Source: Podarcis vaucheri (Eukaryota). Taken from it: a DNA stretch of 64,000 bases. Made by a program: the position numbers and the translations under genes. Shown here piece after piece: positions 21,201 through 36,200 of this stretch; positions within the stretch are counted from its first letter, which is position 1; every line of letters starts with the position of its first letter. The notes beneath the pieces were generated by a model. The model saw nothing but the letters and a program-made list of their open reading frames with translations. It was not told the origin of the DNA and did no database searches. Location of the stretch: the NCBI GenBank assembly GCA_965113315.1, contig OZ220365.1. The stretch is one strand, 5' to 3'.

Positions 21201-24200
21201 GGAAACCCATAACCCTCCAGATGTTGAGTCCCATCAGCTTCCGCCAGCATGGCCAGTGCTCAGGGATGATGGGAACTGGAGTCCACCTGGATCCCCATCA
21301 ATGTTCTAAGGGTCTCTGTGTTGAATTTCTAAGAGCCTAGAGAGGCCCACTATATTTATAAGCCAAATTCCTATATTTGTAATATTGAATAAAAAAAATG
21401 AGGAGAGGGGTTGTATTCATTATGTAGTGTACATTGATAACTTGGTTTATTGGAGTCAGAAGGTTGTTAGAGACATGGGATACTCTAGTTCACTGCCCCC
21501 TCCCCAATTCCAAGGCAAATGGTGTTTGCAATTGTTCATGTGTATGACACAGTCTGATACCACCCTATAGTAAAGTCACATTGTGTTTTCTTTCTTTTTT
21601 AATTCATTTAGAAATGTAGCCTGTCTTGTCATGGTAATTCAGGGTGGGTTAGAAAAACACTTTAAAACTATTTTATATTTTAGGAACAAGGAAGGGTGGA
21701 ATTGGCAGTTTGCTTTCCTTAAAGGAGCTGTAAATTAACTTTGTGCACATTTTTGTTTCTTTTTGCGTGATGGCATGCCTGGCAGCAACCATCAATTTAA
21801 AGGTCTGCAAGAAAAGTAACTTTAAGTTTTTAATAGCTTATAAGGAGCAACCCAACAAGCATGGCTGCCAGTCACTCCTTTTAGAAAGGCTTGTATGGCA
21901 GTTCCAAGTCTCTCATAGTAGAATGAATAAAGGAGGAACAGCAGAAATGTTTATGCTACACTAAGTGTAAAATACCTTTCCCTCCCATTCTTGCTTTCCA
22001 CATTCTTCTTCAGCTCTTCCTCCTAGCTTTATCCTATTTCTGTGGGGGTTTAGAAAAATCTTTTTCATCCCTTTTTGTTGTACTTCTAAGGCAGTTTTCT
22101 TCAACCTTGGATTCCCAGATACTGTTGGACTTCAACACCCATCATCCACAGCCAGCTTAGGCAATGGTCAGGAATGATGGGAGTTGTAGTCCAACAATAT
22201 CTGGGAATCCAAGGTTGAAGAATGTTGCTCTAAAGTCTCTTCTATACACGACTTGACTTGTACTGCAGTAGAATGCGGGGGGGGGGATCACTCTTTACTG
22301 AGCATCTCTTTGTTTTCAGATCTGGAGTCAGCAGGACCGTCAGTGCATCCTCAGTGCCTTAGCACAGTTACTGTTGGATAAAGAATGCACACTCCTAATT
22401 GGCCGTCAGTTTCGTCCAATCTTGCTCGATTTGATGGAAAGAAATGCAGAAATAATTAAATCCAGTGGCCAGATCAACCATGATCTTCATGAGAGACTCT
22501 GTGTGGCAATGAGCAAACTTATTGGTGATCATCCAGATGTGATGCCGTAAGTCAGTAGAGGTCATGAGTAGTGAGCCCAATTTCCATGATCCATATCCCT
22601 TTTTGAGGTGTGCTGCAGGAATTTGCAATTGTGCATACCTTTTGTATCACATGTCAAGGGTATCTGCTTGGCTAATTGTTTTAAACCAAGGCCTTGTATT
22701 CTATTACATGCTCAATTCAGCAATTACTGAATAGCAACTAAAGCTGCTGTTGGGTCACATTCACTTGGAAGTGAGTCATACTTTTGACTAAAAATGCATA
22801 GGATTGGACAATAAGGGTGATGAAACCCAGGCTTCAGTTTACAGGAAAACAAAGATTGAATGGCAGTTAGACCTGCATCTTCTTTAACATAAAGGGGTGT
22901 GGATGTGTGTATTTGCTTCAGTGAGAGAGTTTTAAGTGAAAGCTGCTTTTGACAGGTGCCCGTATTAGATTAGAAGTAACACTTTTATCCAGGGAGTTTT
23001 GAGTAACATGCATACTGTTCCTATCTTGCTACTAGTGAGATCAGAGCTGGGTCTACATCAAGTGTCTTCAGGCTATTGTTTGAATGTCAAGTCCAGAATA
23101 CTACTTCCAACCAATTGTCCCTACCCCACCCCACTCACAGAGCTGGCAGGCTGACCTTAATCTCTGATAAACTAAGGAACTGAAAAAAGTGGTGATTGAT
23201 TTCAATTTCTCCATTTTTATTAAAACGCAACTTGCTGAAAAGAAGACCATAACTTTTCTTAGGGCCTATTTTTTCCAATTTCTTTCCAAGTTCAGAAAAG
23301 CTTAGCAGTCTTATTTGTGTCAGGACTTTAATAGGTAAGCATCTGCTTCATCAGATGAGCTAAAACCTCGCTGTTCTAGCTACCATATTTTTTGCTCTAT
23401 AAGACTCACTTTTTCCCTCCTAAAAAGTAAGGGAAAATGTGTGTGTGTCTTATGGAGCGAATGCAGGCTGCGCAGCTATCCCAGAAGCCAGAACAGAAGA
23501 GGGATTGCTGCTTTCACTGCACAGCGATCCCTCTTGCTGTTCTGGCTTCTGAGATTCAGAATATTGTTTTCCTTGTTTTCCTCCTCCAAAAACTAGGTGC
23601 GTCTTGTGGTCTGGTGCGTCTTATAGAGCGAAAAATACGGTACATTTACATTTGCTTTCAATATCTTCATTTCATGTAGATTTGCTTTGAGATACTTTAA
23701 GGATACTTCACCAGTGTTCCAAAGACTGTTTCTGGAGAGCTCAGATACAAATATGGTTCGATATGGGCGACGACGAATGAAGTTAAGGGATCTCATGGAG
23801 GCAGCCTACAAATTCCTCCAAAAAGAACAGGCTGTATTCAGAGAGTTATGGGACTGGAGTGTGTGTGTCCCTTTACTGAGGAGTCATGATACTTTAGTTC
23901 GATGGTAAGTTTAATTTTCGTTTAATTTTATATGTCACTTTCAGTGTGTAGTGGGGACTATTTTATTTCTGTCTTACTAATACCTCATGGGGAAAGTAAG
24001 GTACAGCAATAGGGGCAGAGAATGACTTGGCCACATTTGAGTTGGATTTGAAACCTACAGTATGGTTACTGGACTACATTAGACCTCTTATTGACAAGAA
24101 GAGCAGTTTCTTGCAAGAGGTTGAGGCTAAAATTGAAGAAAGGTTGATTTGGTCATATTGGGTGTATTTTCTTCGAACCTACTACTACTACTCAATTTTC

Positions 24201-27200
24201 AGGCCCAGGGGCTGACATTAACCCCACACTAAATTGTGAGACCTACATCCAATTTATTTGTTTTTTGTCCTGTTCCATCACTCTTCTCTTACAAATGCAA
24301 TAACCATAAGGCAGAATGAAAATGGTGGTAGTGCCATTGGTGTGGCCCACTTTAAGTTGGCACATAGACCTGTGCATCAGTGGCCAAATCATTTATTGAA
24401 GACCAGTGATCAAACTGAGACCATTTGAAGGGACAGGATAGCCTTTTGTTGTCCTTCTCTGAAAGAAACCTAGTTCTATAGACTTTAAGATGTAACAGTA
24501 CTTGAGCTGTCTTCGCTTCTTAGGTATACTGCCAGTTGTCTCGCACTGGTTACGTGCATGAATGATGAGCATCGGTTATCCTTCCTGAAGAAGATATTTA
24601 ATCCAGAAGAGCTAATACATTTCAGACTTAAGTAAGTTTCCCCCCAAGATGTCTTTGTGTGTGTGTTTTCAGTTAATATTTTACATGGTAGATTTGTCTC
24701 CCATTTGTTCAAAACATTGAAAGATGCACATTTTTGACTGATAGGCTACTGGAGGAATCACGGATGCAGAATGTTGAGTGTGCCCTTGTCTTGGCCAACC
24801 CAGACGCAACCTTTTGGAACAAAGAAGAGGAGTTGCGGTACACTCAGGGAGAACTCGTATCTGCTGACCTCTCTGCAAAGGTTGTAGCAGTATGTGGTGT
24901 TCTGCTCCCTAGACAACAGTTTGGACCAGGGGAAAATGTAAGTAAAGGACTGATATGTAAATTAAATTCTTTGGCACTGATCTTGATCTACCTTTTGCCT
25001 ACCCCAGCTCTAGGAGATTACTCTCTGAAAAGAGAGGAATCCTGGGCCTTCGTTTCCCTCAAGATTTGTACGTAGTGCTACTTTGATGCATTTAAGCATT
25101 GATTAAAATCCTGTCCTTCAGTTTTAAGGCAAAAACAAACAAACATGTTTTGTGTAAAAGTTTCTGCAAAATAGTATCCTTCCCTTTATAGATGGAATAC
25201 ACTTTACAGTTTAAGAGCAAGAGCCTTTGAAATCTCCGGTCCCATTCCTGATCCATGCCTCTGTGTGTGTGTGTGTTTTCTCCTCCCTTTTTGATATCCA
25301 CAGGCTTGGGTGTTAAGTAACATAGAAATCATGGTCTCATTTATCTGTATGAAGTATGCCAAAGGGGATAAGACAGTTCTTTCCATACAGCTCTCTTTGT
25401 TACCAAACAGTCTGCTTCAGAAGGATTCTGAGTGTTGGTGAAAATCACCTTGTACCTTTCTGACTGGTGAGAATCTCTGCTAGATCCTAAGGCAGAGATA
25501 TCACTGTGATCTGACAATAGTGTGTAATACGTGGAGCGAAATGCCTTACTTTCTGTCACTCCAGGTATGCAGCTGGCACTCCATGTATTCTGATGTCTCA
25601 ACATAGGGCAATTTCATACATAGAAACATATGAAGAACACAACTTCAAACATAAGTGAAATTCTGAACATAAGTTGAATAAAATTATGTTCTAGAGACTT
25701 AATAGGCACAGCTAAAATCATACAAGAATGGCTCTCTACAAAGTAGAAAGATTTTAAAAGTGTCACTATTAGTCTTACTAATAATATAGGAAAAATGACC
25801 ATCTATGAGTTTCACAAAATAGCCTGTTGGGTTTTGCTTTTTTTTTACTGAAGATTCCTTAGTGTGTGTGGTGCAATTGCCTGGTTTGGGCCGGTGTACT
25901 GTATATGTATTTAAGATGAATCACAATTTTGAGCATATGCTAAAGTAAGCTGTATCTTCGAAATAACAATAATAAAATGATACATTAACTTGTTGTGGGG
26001 GAGGAAGGGAAAGGAGAATGTGAGCCGCTTTGAGACTCCTTAACGGGAGTGAAAGGCGGGATATCAAATCCAAACTCTTCTTCTTCTTCTTCATTAAACA
26101 TGGCCATTGTCCCTCTTCTGGTTAAAACAGCAGCTTCAGAGTGGGGTGATTGGTCCATATTTATCTCATCCCCCTGAAGCTGCTATTTGTTCCTGAAGGT
26201 ACTATTGCAGTAAATGGCACCTTGGAGTAGAGTAAGTGGAACACTTAAGTTTGGTGGGAGGAAGAAAGTGCAAGGGTTTAAATCCCCCTTTAAAAATGGG
26301 GGTGGAATGGGGACATGGGTGTGTGTGGCTCTGGGATGCGTAAAAAATGGTAGCTTAGCAAATTTGTAACTTGTATTTCACATTTCTCCATAGTACTTTC
26401 ACCCAGTATTATCAGTTGAAAGCATTGCCTTCTCTTGTCTCAGCAGGAGACCATCCTGAACCAATTTGTGTTGGTGAAATCTTCCTGCACAAATCTTCAA
26501 AATCTCGCTATGGCTGTAGCTTCACAAAATGCAGTGTTACTCGAAGGACCAGTAGGTTGTGGCAAAACGTATCTTGTTGAATACTTGGCAGCTGTTACGG
26601 GAAGGATAAAGCCACCTCACATTCTAAAAGTCCAGCTAGGAGATCAGACTGATAGTAAGGTAATGGAAAAGGCATTTTAGTTTTCACTTGCAGTTTTTTA
26701 TTACAAAGTTAATTGCCTTGCAGAAACTGGCTGCGTTCAGATGTAATGATAAGCCAAAAACCATGTCTTACTATGGAATTAGCAATGTGCACACTTCAGA
26801 AATCCCTCTTGCTGCATTCCTTCCCTAGTAAAACATGAGCAAGACTATAGATTATTGGGATGCCTGAAGCAGCCACTATTGGGGCTTTGCTTTAGGTCAT
26901 GGGTTGTTTGGTGAGGGTTATCTCACTGGCTCAGACACCACAGTAATCCAAAATCATGATTTTTGCTCCCTCTCATACTAAGAGAGGGCACAGCAAGAAT
27001 GATTTGGCAGTGCTTGTTCCCACTGAGCTTATCATAGCTGCTGAAGCTATATCTGGCAATATTTATATTTGGTAGCGTACCCAGTATTGAAGAAAGCAAA
27101 TAGAAATAAATACATACCTCAGAAACCTTATCGTTCAGTAAATATTTGAAGATACTTTGTAAAGTTATATAGACATTATTTTAAAATCTTGCTTGCTTTT

Positions 27201-30200
27201 TCTTCTTTGTAGACCTTACTGGGCATGTATCGTTGTACAGATGTACCAGGGGAGTTTGTGTGGCAACCTGGGACCCTGACCCAAGCAGTCAGCAAAGGGC
27301 ACTGGATACTCTTGGAGGATATTGATTATGCTCCTCTGGATGTGGTATGTAGCTGTGCTTTCTAGAGGTAGTCCATAAATACCTGGGGTGAGAGGCACAG
27401 GTATCTTTTTTGGAAGTCATGTTTTTTAACCAAAGCAAAGGAAACTTAAGGGCACTGGATAAAAGAAAGCAAAAGTTCTCCCCAAAAAGTTATCATGGTT
27501 CTCAATTCCCAGTGTATTTTCTTCTTCGTGGGCAGTAATTTTTGGGGACACTTGTTACAAACTACTGAATGGATCCTGTCTGTATCTGCTATTCACTGGT
27601 TCTCTTATACACCCACCTCCCACAATATAGAACTGGAATGTATATGTAAAAGGCTGCTTATTGGGAATGAGATTTCTAACATTTCTTGTAACATATTTGG
27701 TCACCAGCAGAGGTGAAACACATTGTTTCATGCACTGTCTGACTGCTGTTAAGTCTTTTTGGTTGTTGTCATTGATATAAGGTGGGGCATCAAGATAGCC
27801 TCATGCGTGAGAACATGGCATTACAATGAAGCTTCCTTAGATTTTTTATTTTTTTTCTACTGCTATAGCACCACATTCTATGTATGTCCTGCCCAAAAGC
27901 AATTTTGGGAAGGGTTCAATGAGTTAAGGTGGGATTCTTCCTGTGGTTCTCTACATCCTGGTCATTGAAATTGTATTCTGTGGTTTTTTTTTCCTTATTC
28001 CTTAGATCTCTGTATTGATTCCTCTTCTGGAAAATGGAGAACTGTTGATTCCTGGGCGAAGTGACTGTATAAAAGTAGCTCCTGGGTTCCATCTTTTTGC
28101 AACGAGAAGGTAGACTGTGTAGCTTTGTTAACACAAGGAAAACTCTTAGCACATGAATCCTTTTGGCAGTGACGAGACAGTAGTCATAAATATAGGAATG
28201 GGGGGGATCCAGAATTTAAATTGTGTGCATATATAAAGGTGACATGATTTTTGAATTATAAGTATCTGAGCAGTCCTTTGCTATTTCTTTTGCAATTTTC
28301 CATATTAAGAAATAGAAAATCATCTCCTGGAAAATGTTAGCTAGGAGCGTGAGATTATTTTGAAACCTAATACAACTCTTTCCCCTGGAATATAAGTGAA
28401 AACTAAGCTTGATAAGAGAAGTTACCAAGCAGCCATAGGGAAACATCATCACTTGGCCTTAATCTGTAATATGCAGATAATAACGTCCTGTCTTTACGCT
28501 TATTGACATTATACATGTATGAAGTGCTTTGCACATAGAACATGCTTTTTGTCGTTTTGCTTAGCCTGTGGGATACAGCTGCCCTATAAGCAATTACTTA
28601 GCATTTCATTATTTAAAGACTGTAAAGTGGAAGAATGACAATTGGACAATTGTAGATGGTGAATTCATGTTTCTTGTATTGATGATGTTGGGACTTTGAT
28701 TCCCTTAGCTGGTTGTAGAGCTGCAGTGAAGGAGCCTTACAGAACCCTTGAACTTATTCTGTTCTGCACTATAATACTTGTAATGCTTCAATTAACTTGT
28801 TCTTTGATTTTTAATCTAGACTCTTCAGTTATGGTGGTGGTTGGTACAAACAGCAAAACAGCCATGCTGCTCTTCTAGATAAATACTGGACAAAAATTAA
28901 GCTGAATAATATGCCTAAAGTTGAAATCAGAGAGGTAAATGGTATCAGAAAGAGAACTCTTACTTTGTGAACTGATGTCAAAGAGTTTTCATTTAAAAAC
29001 AAATGAAAGTAGTCCTGATTTTTGTAGAAGAGGTTGAAACTGTGTCCGTTCCCTTTTCCCCACATGGCTGTGAGGAAAAGTTTAGAAGCATCTGTGTTTG
29101 GTTAACCATGGTTTCTTGTGTTGTCCGAGCCAAAAAACTGGGAGGGAGTTAGTCTTATTTAAATCTCACCAAACCATAGTTTAGCATGATGTCCAAACAC
29201 AATCCTTGACATAAAAGAAGTTTGTATCCATTCCATAATGGAATGCTTGCTTGCTTTGTGCTTCTGCAAGAGATTGACGTTGCTGGATTGACTTAACCCA
29301 ACTGTCCAGCCATGACTTCATATGAAATCATCTTAAATTGTTATTGCCATTTCCTCAGCGTAGTATAGCCTGCAGGTTTCCCATATGCATCTTGTTGACC
29401 ACAGTGAGAACAAAAAACCTGGACTAGATGGGCCATTTGCCCAGTCCACCGGGTTCATCTTACTGACTGACATTTCTATCTAGCAAATGAAGCCTAAGAT
29501 AAATTAAGAGCATTACTGTATTTTACAGTGTAATTGTCATGCAAAGAAATTTTCCTTTAAGAGAATTTCAAAGTAAAATTTGATGGTAGGCACTACCCCA
29601 TGGGACCAGTCCAGGAAATTGTGCAGACTGTAAATGTATCAAATCTCTGGATTTTAAGACCATTGTCTGCATAGACAAAACTCAATGAGTTATATAGTCC
29701 TTGGAACACTGTAAAATATTTACTTTAGCTAATGTTATTTTGTTTTTCAGATTCTTCAGAGGAGGTATCCTAAACTTGCTGTAGTAATTGATCGCTTGTT
29801 AGAAATTTATGTTGAGCTTACTGGTGATAAACATCTATTGCAAAGCCGTATCGCAGACGATGAGAACATAATGGAAGACGCATCACACTTAACCGAAAAC
29901 AAAAAAAGCCTGAGCTTAGAAGGCAGAGAGTTATCTCTGAGGTATTTTAATATGCAATTAAGCTGATGGATATTAGAGTTTGGGGGAGGCAAATTATCTT
30001 TGGACTACTGCTCTCTAGTGTGTTGGAGGCCATTTGCTCTGGTCTTAATTGAAATTCCTAGTGAGAAAGCCTTAATTGAATGAAAATGTGGTGAGTTGGC
30101 GCTTAAAAAAATAGCCATGCAATTAATGAAGCAAGACTAGCGCTTTTAGCAGTGTGCAGCTGAGGAAAGTTAAATGAAGGACTACTGTTGAGCTGCTTCA

Positions 30201-33200
30201 CATCACTTCTTTTCTTGTGTTAGGGACTTGCTGAATTGGTGCAACAGGATCGCTTACAACTTTGATAGTTCTTCTTCCTCTACTGCATTGAATATTTTTC
30301 ATGAGGTACGTGTCAAACTGTTCCCTGTTTTTTAGAGTGATGTTGACCTATTCCTTAAAATGTAAAAACCAGGTTGCATTTGGAATATGAACAGGGGGCT
30401 GGTTCTGGTGTTGGAAATTTTCCTTGAGGGTCAATCTAACTAGACCTGCTGCTTCACAATGGGTGATTCACAGGAATGGTTGCATAAATCCCACTAGGAA
30501 GAGGCAGCTGTTGTTGGTGACATGCCAGGTCCCACAGCTGTTACACCAGGAATTCCATTATGAAGAGAGCTGAAATGTCTGAATTGGCTTGTTCTCGTTT
30601 TCCTCGTGGAGGCATACTAGTGATACATTGCATGAAGTTCAGTTGTATATTTTGACTACAGTGAACTCAGGTATGGAAGAAAAGTAGAATCTCTGATTAA
30701 ATATCAAATTAACTTGAACTTTCTCTCTCTCTCTGTCTGTCTCTCCCTCCTGCCATGCTATTTTGACAGGCATTGGATTGTTTCACAGCTATGCTGTCCA
30801 AGCAAGAAAGTAGACTGAAGATGGCAGAAATCATTGGAAGCCAACTGAACATTTCCAAGCATAAGGTAGACTGGAAGAGTTCACACACGTACTGCATTGT
30901 GTAATAAATACCCCTTTTGTCATGGAGGGGAAAAAATAGTTTCATTTCCCCTTTACTGCCAAGAAATAATTAAATGATATAACTGGATAGTGTCCACTCT
31001 TGTTTTTCTTCTGAAAGAAGAAAGCCACATGTAACATGGCTGAAATTCGGTGTAGGGATCATGCACATCGCCACTGGTGCAAGATTCCATTGCCTGATTT
31101 GAGGCAGCAGCTCCCCTCCTGCAACCATAGGCTTCACTAGGAGGCGCCCAACCCTTTGGAGGGAAAAAGTGGTTGCAGGGAGGAGGAGTGAAAGAGAAAG
31201 TTTGGTTGCATGAGCTGACTTCTGTTCATGTAACCCCTGAATACAGCCCAATGGCCTTGTTCTCACATCACCATTGTTAATAGTTCACTGTAACCATGGT
31301 GATCTTGGTCATTTGAATCCTGTCCACTCACACTTGGCGGAAGCAAGTGCTACACTCAAATGAGGGGTCATAGTTTGTTTTGTTCCTGGCAAATTACTGT
31401 AGCTAAGGTTGTTCTTGATTTGCTGATCATGGTTTGAAGCAAAGCAAACGATGGCCTCTGGTTTAGACATAATGCTAAGCAGGGACTGTGGTCTGCCTGC
31501 TCCCTGCTATCATGAGGAGAGGGGGGGAAACATACAACCCAGAAAGGCACATTCACAATAAACTATTTACTATGCCTTACTGTGATGTGCAAACTGGACT
31601 TGTGTCTTAACTTTCAGTTGTACCTCGGGTTACATACGCTTCAGGTTACAGACTCCGCTAACCCAGAAATAGTACTTCGGGTTAAGAACTTTGCTTCAGG
31701 ATGAGAACAGAAATCGTACTCAGGCGGCGCGGCAGCAGCAGGAGGCCCCATTAGCTAAAGTGGTGCTTCAGGATAAGAACAGTTTCAGGTTAAGAACAGA
31801 CCTCCGGAACGAATTAAGTACTTAACCCGAGGTACATTGTGTATTGCACAACTGCATATGGCAAAGGACTACATCAGGTGTTTCTTTTTAGTAAGCTGAG
31901 TTCAGTATGTATGCCCTTTATTTATTTACTCTAGACTGAATACTACTGTCAACTTTACAAACCAGAAATTGCAATAAGGGAGCAAGAGGTCTCTGTGGGA
32001 AGAGTCCAGCTCTTACGGAAGCAAATTCATGCGCTTCTTGCGCAAAGGTATTGATGCGTTTGTTTGTTTGTTTGTTTGTTTGTTTATATTTTAAAATTAC
32101 TAAGCCACCCTTCAACCAGATGGCTTACAGGTTGGTGTACAATAGTGCACTTTTTAAATGTGCTTCTAACTTTAAAATTCCGTGCCAGCATTTTTAATGA
32201 TGTCTCATTTAGGTGTTCTTTTGAAACCTGGTAATAGTGAGAGATTATATTTGTAGAATTAGTGAATCAAATGCATTTGGAGATGCATGGCACATAGCAT
32301 TAGAGTATTGCTAACAGAAGATTTTACCCTTTCATGTATTGGCAGAAAAAAGCAGACCTTTGCTCCCACACGTCCATCATCCATATTAATTGAACAGCTG
32401 GCTGTGTGTGTCGATAAAGGAGAGCCTGTGTTATTGGTGGGTGAAACGGGGACAGGCAAAACATCTACTGTTCAATACCTGGCCCACATTACAGGTAAAA
32501 TGTAGTATAATACGGGGACTTTGACCAGGATTCTAGAAAAGGTTTGAGAAGTGCTTCAGTATGTTTTCTGTGTTTTATTTCTTCAAGGGCACCGATTGAG
32601 GGTTATCAACATGAATCAGCAGAGTGATACTGCAGATCTCCTAGGGGGGTGAGTGTCTAATAATTCTGCAAATTGCTTTTGGGAGCTGCATCAACAAATC
32701 ATTTTTTTCACCCGTGACTGCAGATCTTGTATTTAGTAGAAGTGTGCATGAACCCCATTCATAAGAGTTACTGCATTCGAAAATAGAGAACCATATGGCA
32801 CAGAGAAAAGTACACAGAGCAACATGAAATGGGGTGTGGGATTCCACAGATGGGGTAATGACATTGTGCTTTGACTCGGTGCAGGGGAACCCCTACTCAC
32901 TCTGATCTGACTCATTAACTGACCCCCCCTCCCCTACTATTTAGTGTTATGCGTTGTGAGTTGCTGCCATGTGTGTTTCTCTAGATAGGCACTTTATACT
33001 AGGCAGAAGCAGATATACCGCTGCTTTTAGTGGGATGGCAAACAGATCTTTAAAAGTACGAGGAAGTAGAACAAGGAAAAAGGAATGTTCAGTCTTGGGG
33101 CAGGGAGAGATGTTGGAATGAGTGGTGCCATGTAGCTGTGGGATGAAATTTTTGACATTTTGTGTACCTGATAAAAAGGGTAAGTTCTCTTATATGTTTC

Positions 33201-36200
33201 AGCTGGTCTCTAATTTTAAACACGTTCAAGTCATCTGTTTAGTAAGGGTGTGCGGGGGCCACCAGATTCACCTTTTATCTGTTATCAGATCCACTGAGGC
33301 TGGTTTGATTTTCACCTTGTCCGATCTACTGAGCCTGATCTTGCCACATGTCGCTGCCAGAGTTTTCAATTAACACGTTACTGTTTGCCCAATTTACAGC
33401 TATAAGCCAGTGGATGACAAACTGATTTGGTTGCCATTGCGAGAGTCTTTTGAGGAGCTTTTTGCACAGACGTTCTCCAGGAAACAAAACCAGACTTTCT
33501 TGGGGCACATCCAGACATGTTACAGACAGAAGCGCTGGCATGATCTTCTCAAGCTGATGCAGCATGTACACAAATCTGCCATTAATAAGGAAGCTAAAGA
33601 AAATGGTAAGACTTCCAAGTTCTTAAAATGGGCTTCTGTTTGAGGACGGGCAGGGTAGAAATCAAATAAATAAAACGAGAGATTTAAGCAGAACTTGCAT
33701 TCTTAAAGTTGGGTGGACTGTGCTTCAGTGTGCATTTGGCACGGGAGATACAGTGTACCTCGGGTTACAGACTCCGCTAACCCGCAAGTAGTACCTCGGG
33801 TTGAGAACTTTACCTCAGGATGAGAACAGAAATCGCGTGGCGGCGGGAGGCCCCATTAGCTAAAGTGGTACTTCAGGTTAAGAATGGTTTCAGGTAGAAC
33901 GGATCTCTGGAACGAATTAAGTTCATAACCAGAGGTACCACTGTACTAGGTGTGATTTTTCTTTAGAATTCAAATATGGAGAGATCAGCAGTAGAGGAAA
34001 AAAAGCAACTTTTCTGCAGTAGAAAATAGCATTTTCTGATACATGATCCAATATCATTCCTGAAGCTTAGTGGGTGTGGATCTGATCAGTGACTTGGGTG
34101 GGAGATGCTTGGGAGTTACAGTTAAGCCGTCCTGAACTATTCAATGAATAGTCAGATAAAAGGACAGAAAGAATTTAACATTCTCACACATCATCTTTGA
34201 CTGAAGAGGTGAAGGTCTTGTTAAAGTTGTACAAACGTTATCCCAGCCTAATAATAATAATAATAATATAAGCTTGACTGCATTTTAAAGGGGAAAGCGA
34301 AAGGGGGGAAGCTTATTGTTTTGTTTGTTACTATGTTATGTATTTTTGTGTTTTCATATTGTAAACTATCCTGTGGTCCTCAGTTGACAGGCAGTACAGA
34401 AATTTAATAAATAAATAAAGATAAATATAAAATACTGCTCTGAAGTGGAAAGAGATACAGTTTAAGTAACTAGCCTCCTAAGGCTGAATCCAGATGAGTT
34501 CAATAAAGATAACAGATTTGTGAGCATTATTTTGCTTAAACAGAGGAGGTGATTGCATATGCATTACAAATGACTGGAGCATTACTTGACCTCAAACATT
34601 ACCCAGTCCATTGAATTCCAACTCATTCAGTTCATTCATTTTAATGTCCCTGTTCTGCAAGTAGGATTGAAATTGCATAAAATCACTGGTCTAAAGGTGA
34701 TTGTTGGATTGACTGGACTTCCACCTCAGTTTACGCTATTCTCTTCGGAGCAGCTTATGTTATATTCAGAGTTGTTTTGCACTATGACAAATTCTATTAT
34801 GTGATTTCATGAATTTGAATGTTTTTATCTTCTCCTACGTTTACTATAGCTTGCCTTTTTTTTGTAGGCTCACCATTGAAGGAAAAGTGGGAAGAACTTG
34901 GTATCCGCTTAGACCATGCAAAACAACAGATGAAGATGACAGAAAATGCTCTAGTTTTTGCATTTGTAGAGGTAGTCCTTTTGTGCATAAGAGCATATTT
35001 GTCCATGAGATGCATATTAAAGTTACTTTATTAAAATAAAGTTGCAGTTTGTTAAAGGTTCTGGGAATTACAGTTCTGTGAGGGGCAAATTGCAGTCCCC
35101 AGGTTTCTTTGGAGGAAGCAGTGTGCTTTCAAATGTGTGATGTGGATCACACACACAGTTTCTGGGTTTTTTGCCTGTGGAGGCGGTCATTTGATTTCAG
35201 GCTAGCCAGGTTTCACTTAATGTCCTTGTGTGATGAGCACCTTTACTCCCCTTAGTCTTGGCTGAAAATGAAGGAGAAATAGATTTCCTTTGCAAGCCAG
35301 GAAGAATGAGTCCTCATTGAGGAAAAAAGTTAATGTTGCAAAGGGTTTGGTGCTAGGTAAAAAAAGTAGGTACAACTAGAAACACTTTAGAGGGGTTTGC
35401 AGATATTTAACAGTTATAGGGTAAAAGCAGTTAATTAAATGAGGAGCTTCCACCCCACCAACTTGCTTAAAAACAATGTAAAAGATGGAATTCTGCTTAT
35501 ACCACTGGGGAATTATCTGGTCCCTCTGACTATAAATGCAGTTTTCAAAACATAGTCCAAATAGAGGGCAGCACCAGATGCCTATCAAATGCTAATTTTG
35601 AGTCATTTTGTCTTTTTTTTTAGGGCACCTTGGCACAAGCAGTGAAAAAAGGAGAATGGATTCTACTAGATGAGATCAATTTGGCAGCAGCAGAAACTTT
35701 AGAGTGTCTGAGTGGTTTACTTGAAGGATTATCTGGTTCACTGATATTGCTGGATAGAGGAGACACAGGTATTGTTTTTGTTTTTTGTTGCAGTAAGTTT
35801 TCCTGATCTGCAGTGGTGTATTTTTTCAATTCCCTTTTTTTTTAAAAAAATGAGAGGTTGAAATTAATAGTTTCAAGTCATCTAAGTTCATTGACCCATA
35901 GATGAGCGTATAAAGATGTGACAGACCCAAAAGCAAATTATTGGGAATGTAAATGAAATAAACTCAAGAAATTTGAGTATATAATCCCCAATATAATCAC
36001 CATTACGAGGAATTGTAAAAAAGATTATATTATTCATAAAGGAGGTGATGATCTCTAAATATCCAAGCCCTTTATTTCTGATGCTCATAGAGCCTAGTTA
36101 ATTTCTTTGCACTATATCTTGTAAACTTTATGAGGCCAAACAGCACTGTAATTTGTTGGTTGTGCATTTTTTTCCTTGTAGAGCCCCTGGTACGTCATTC

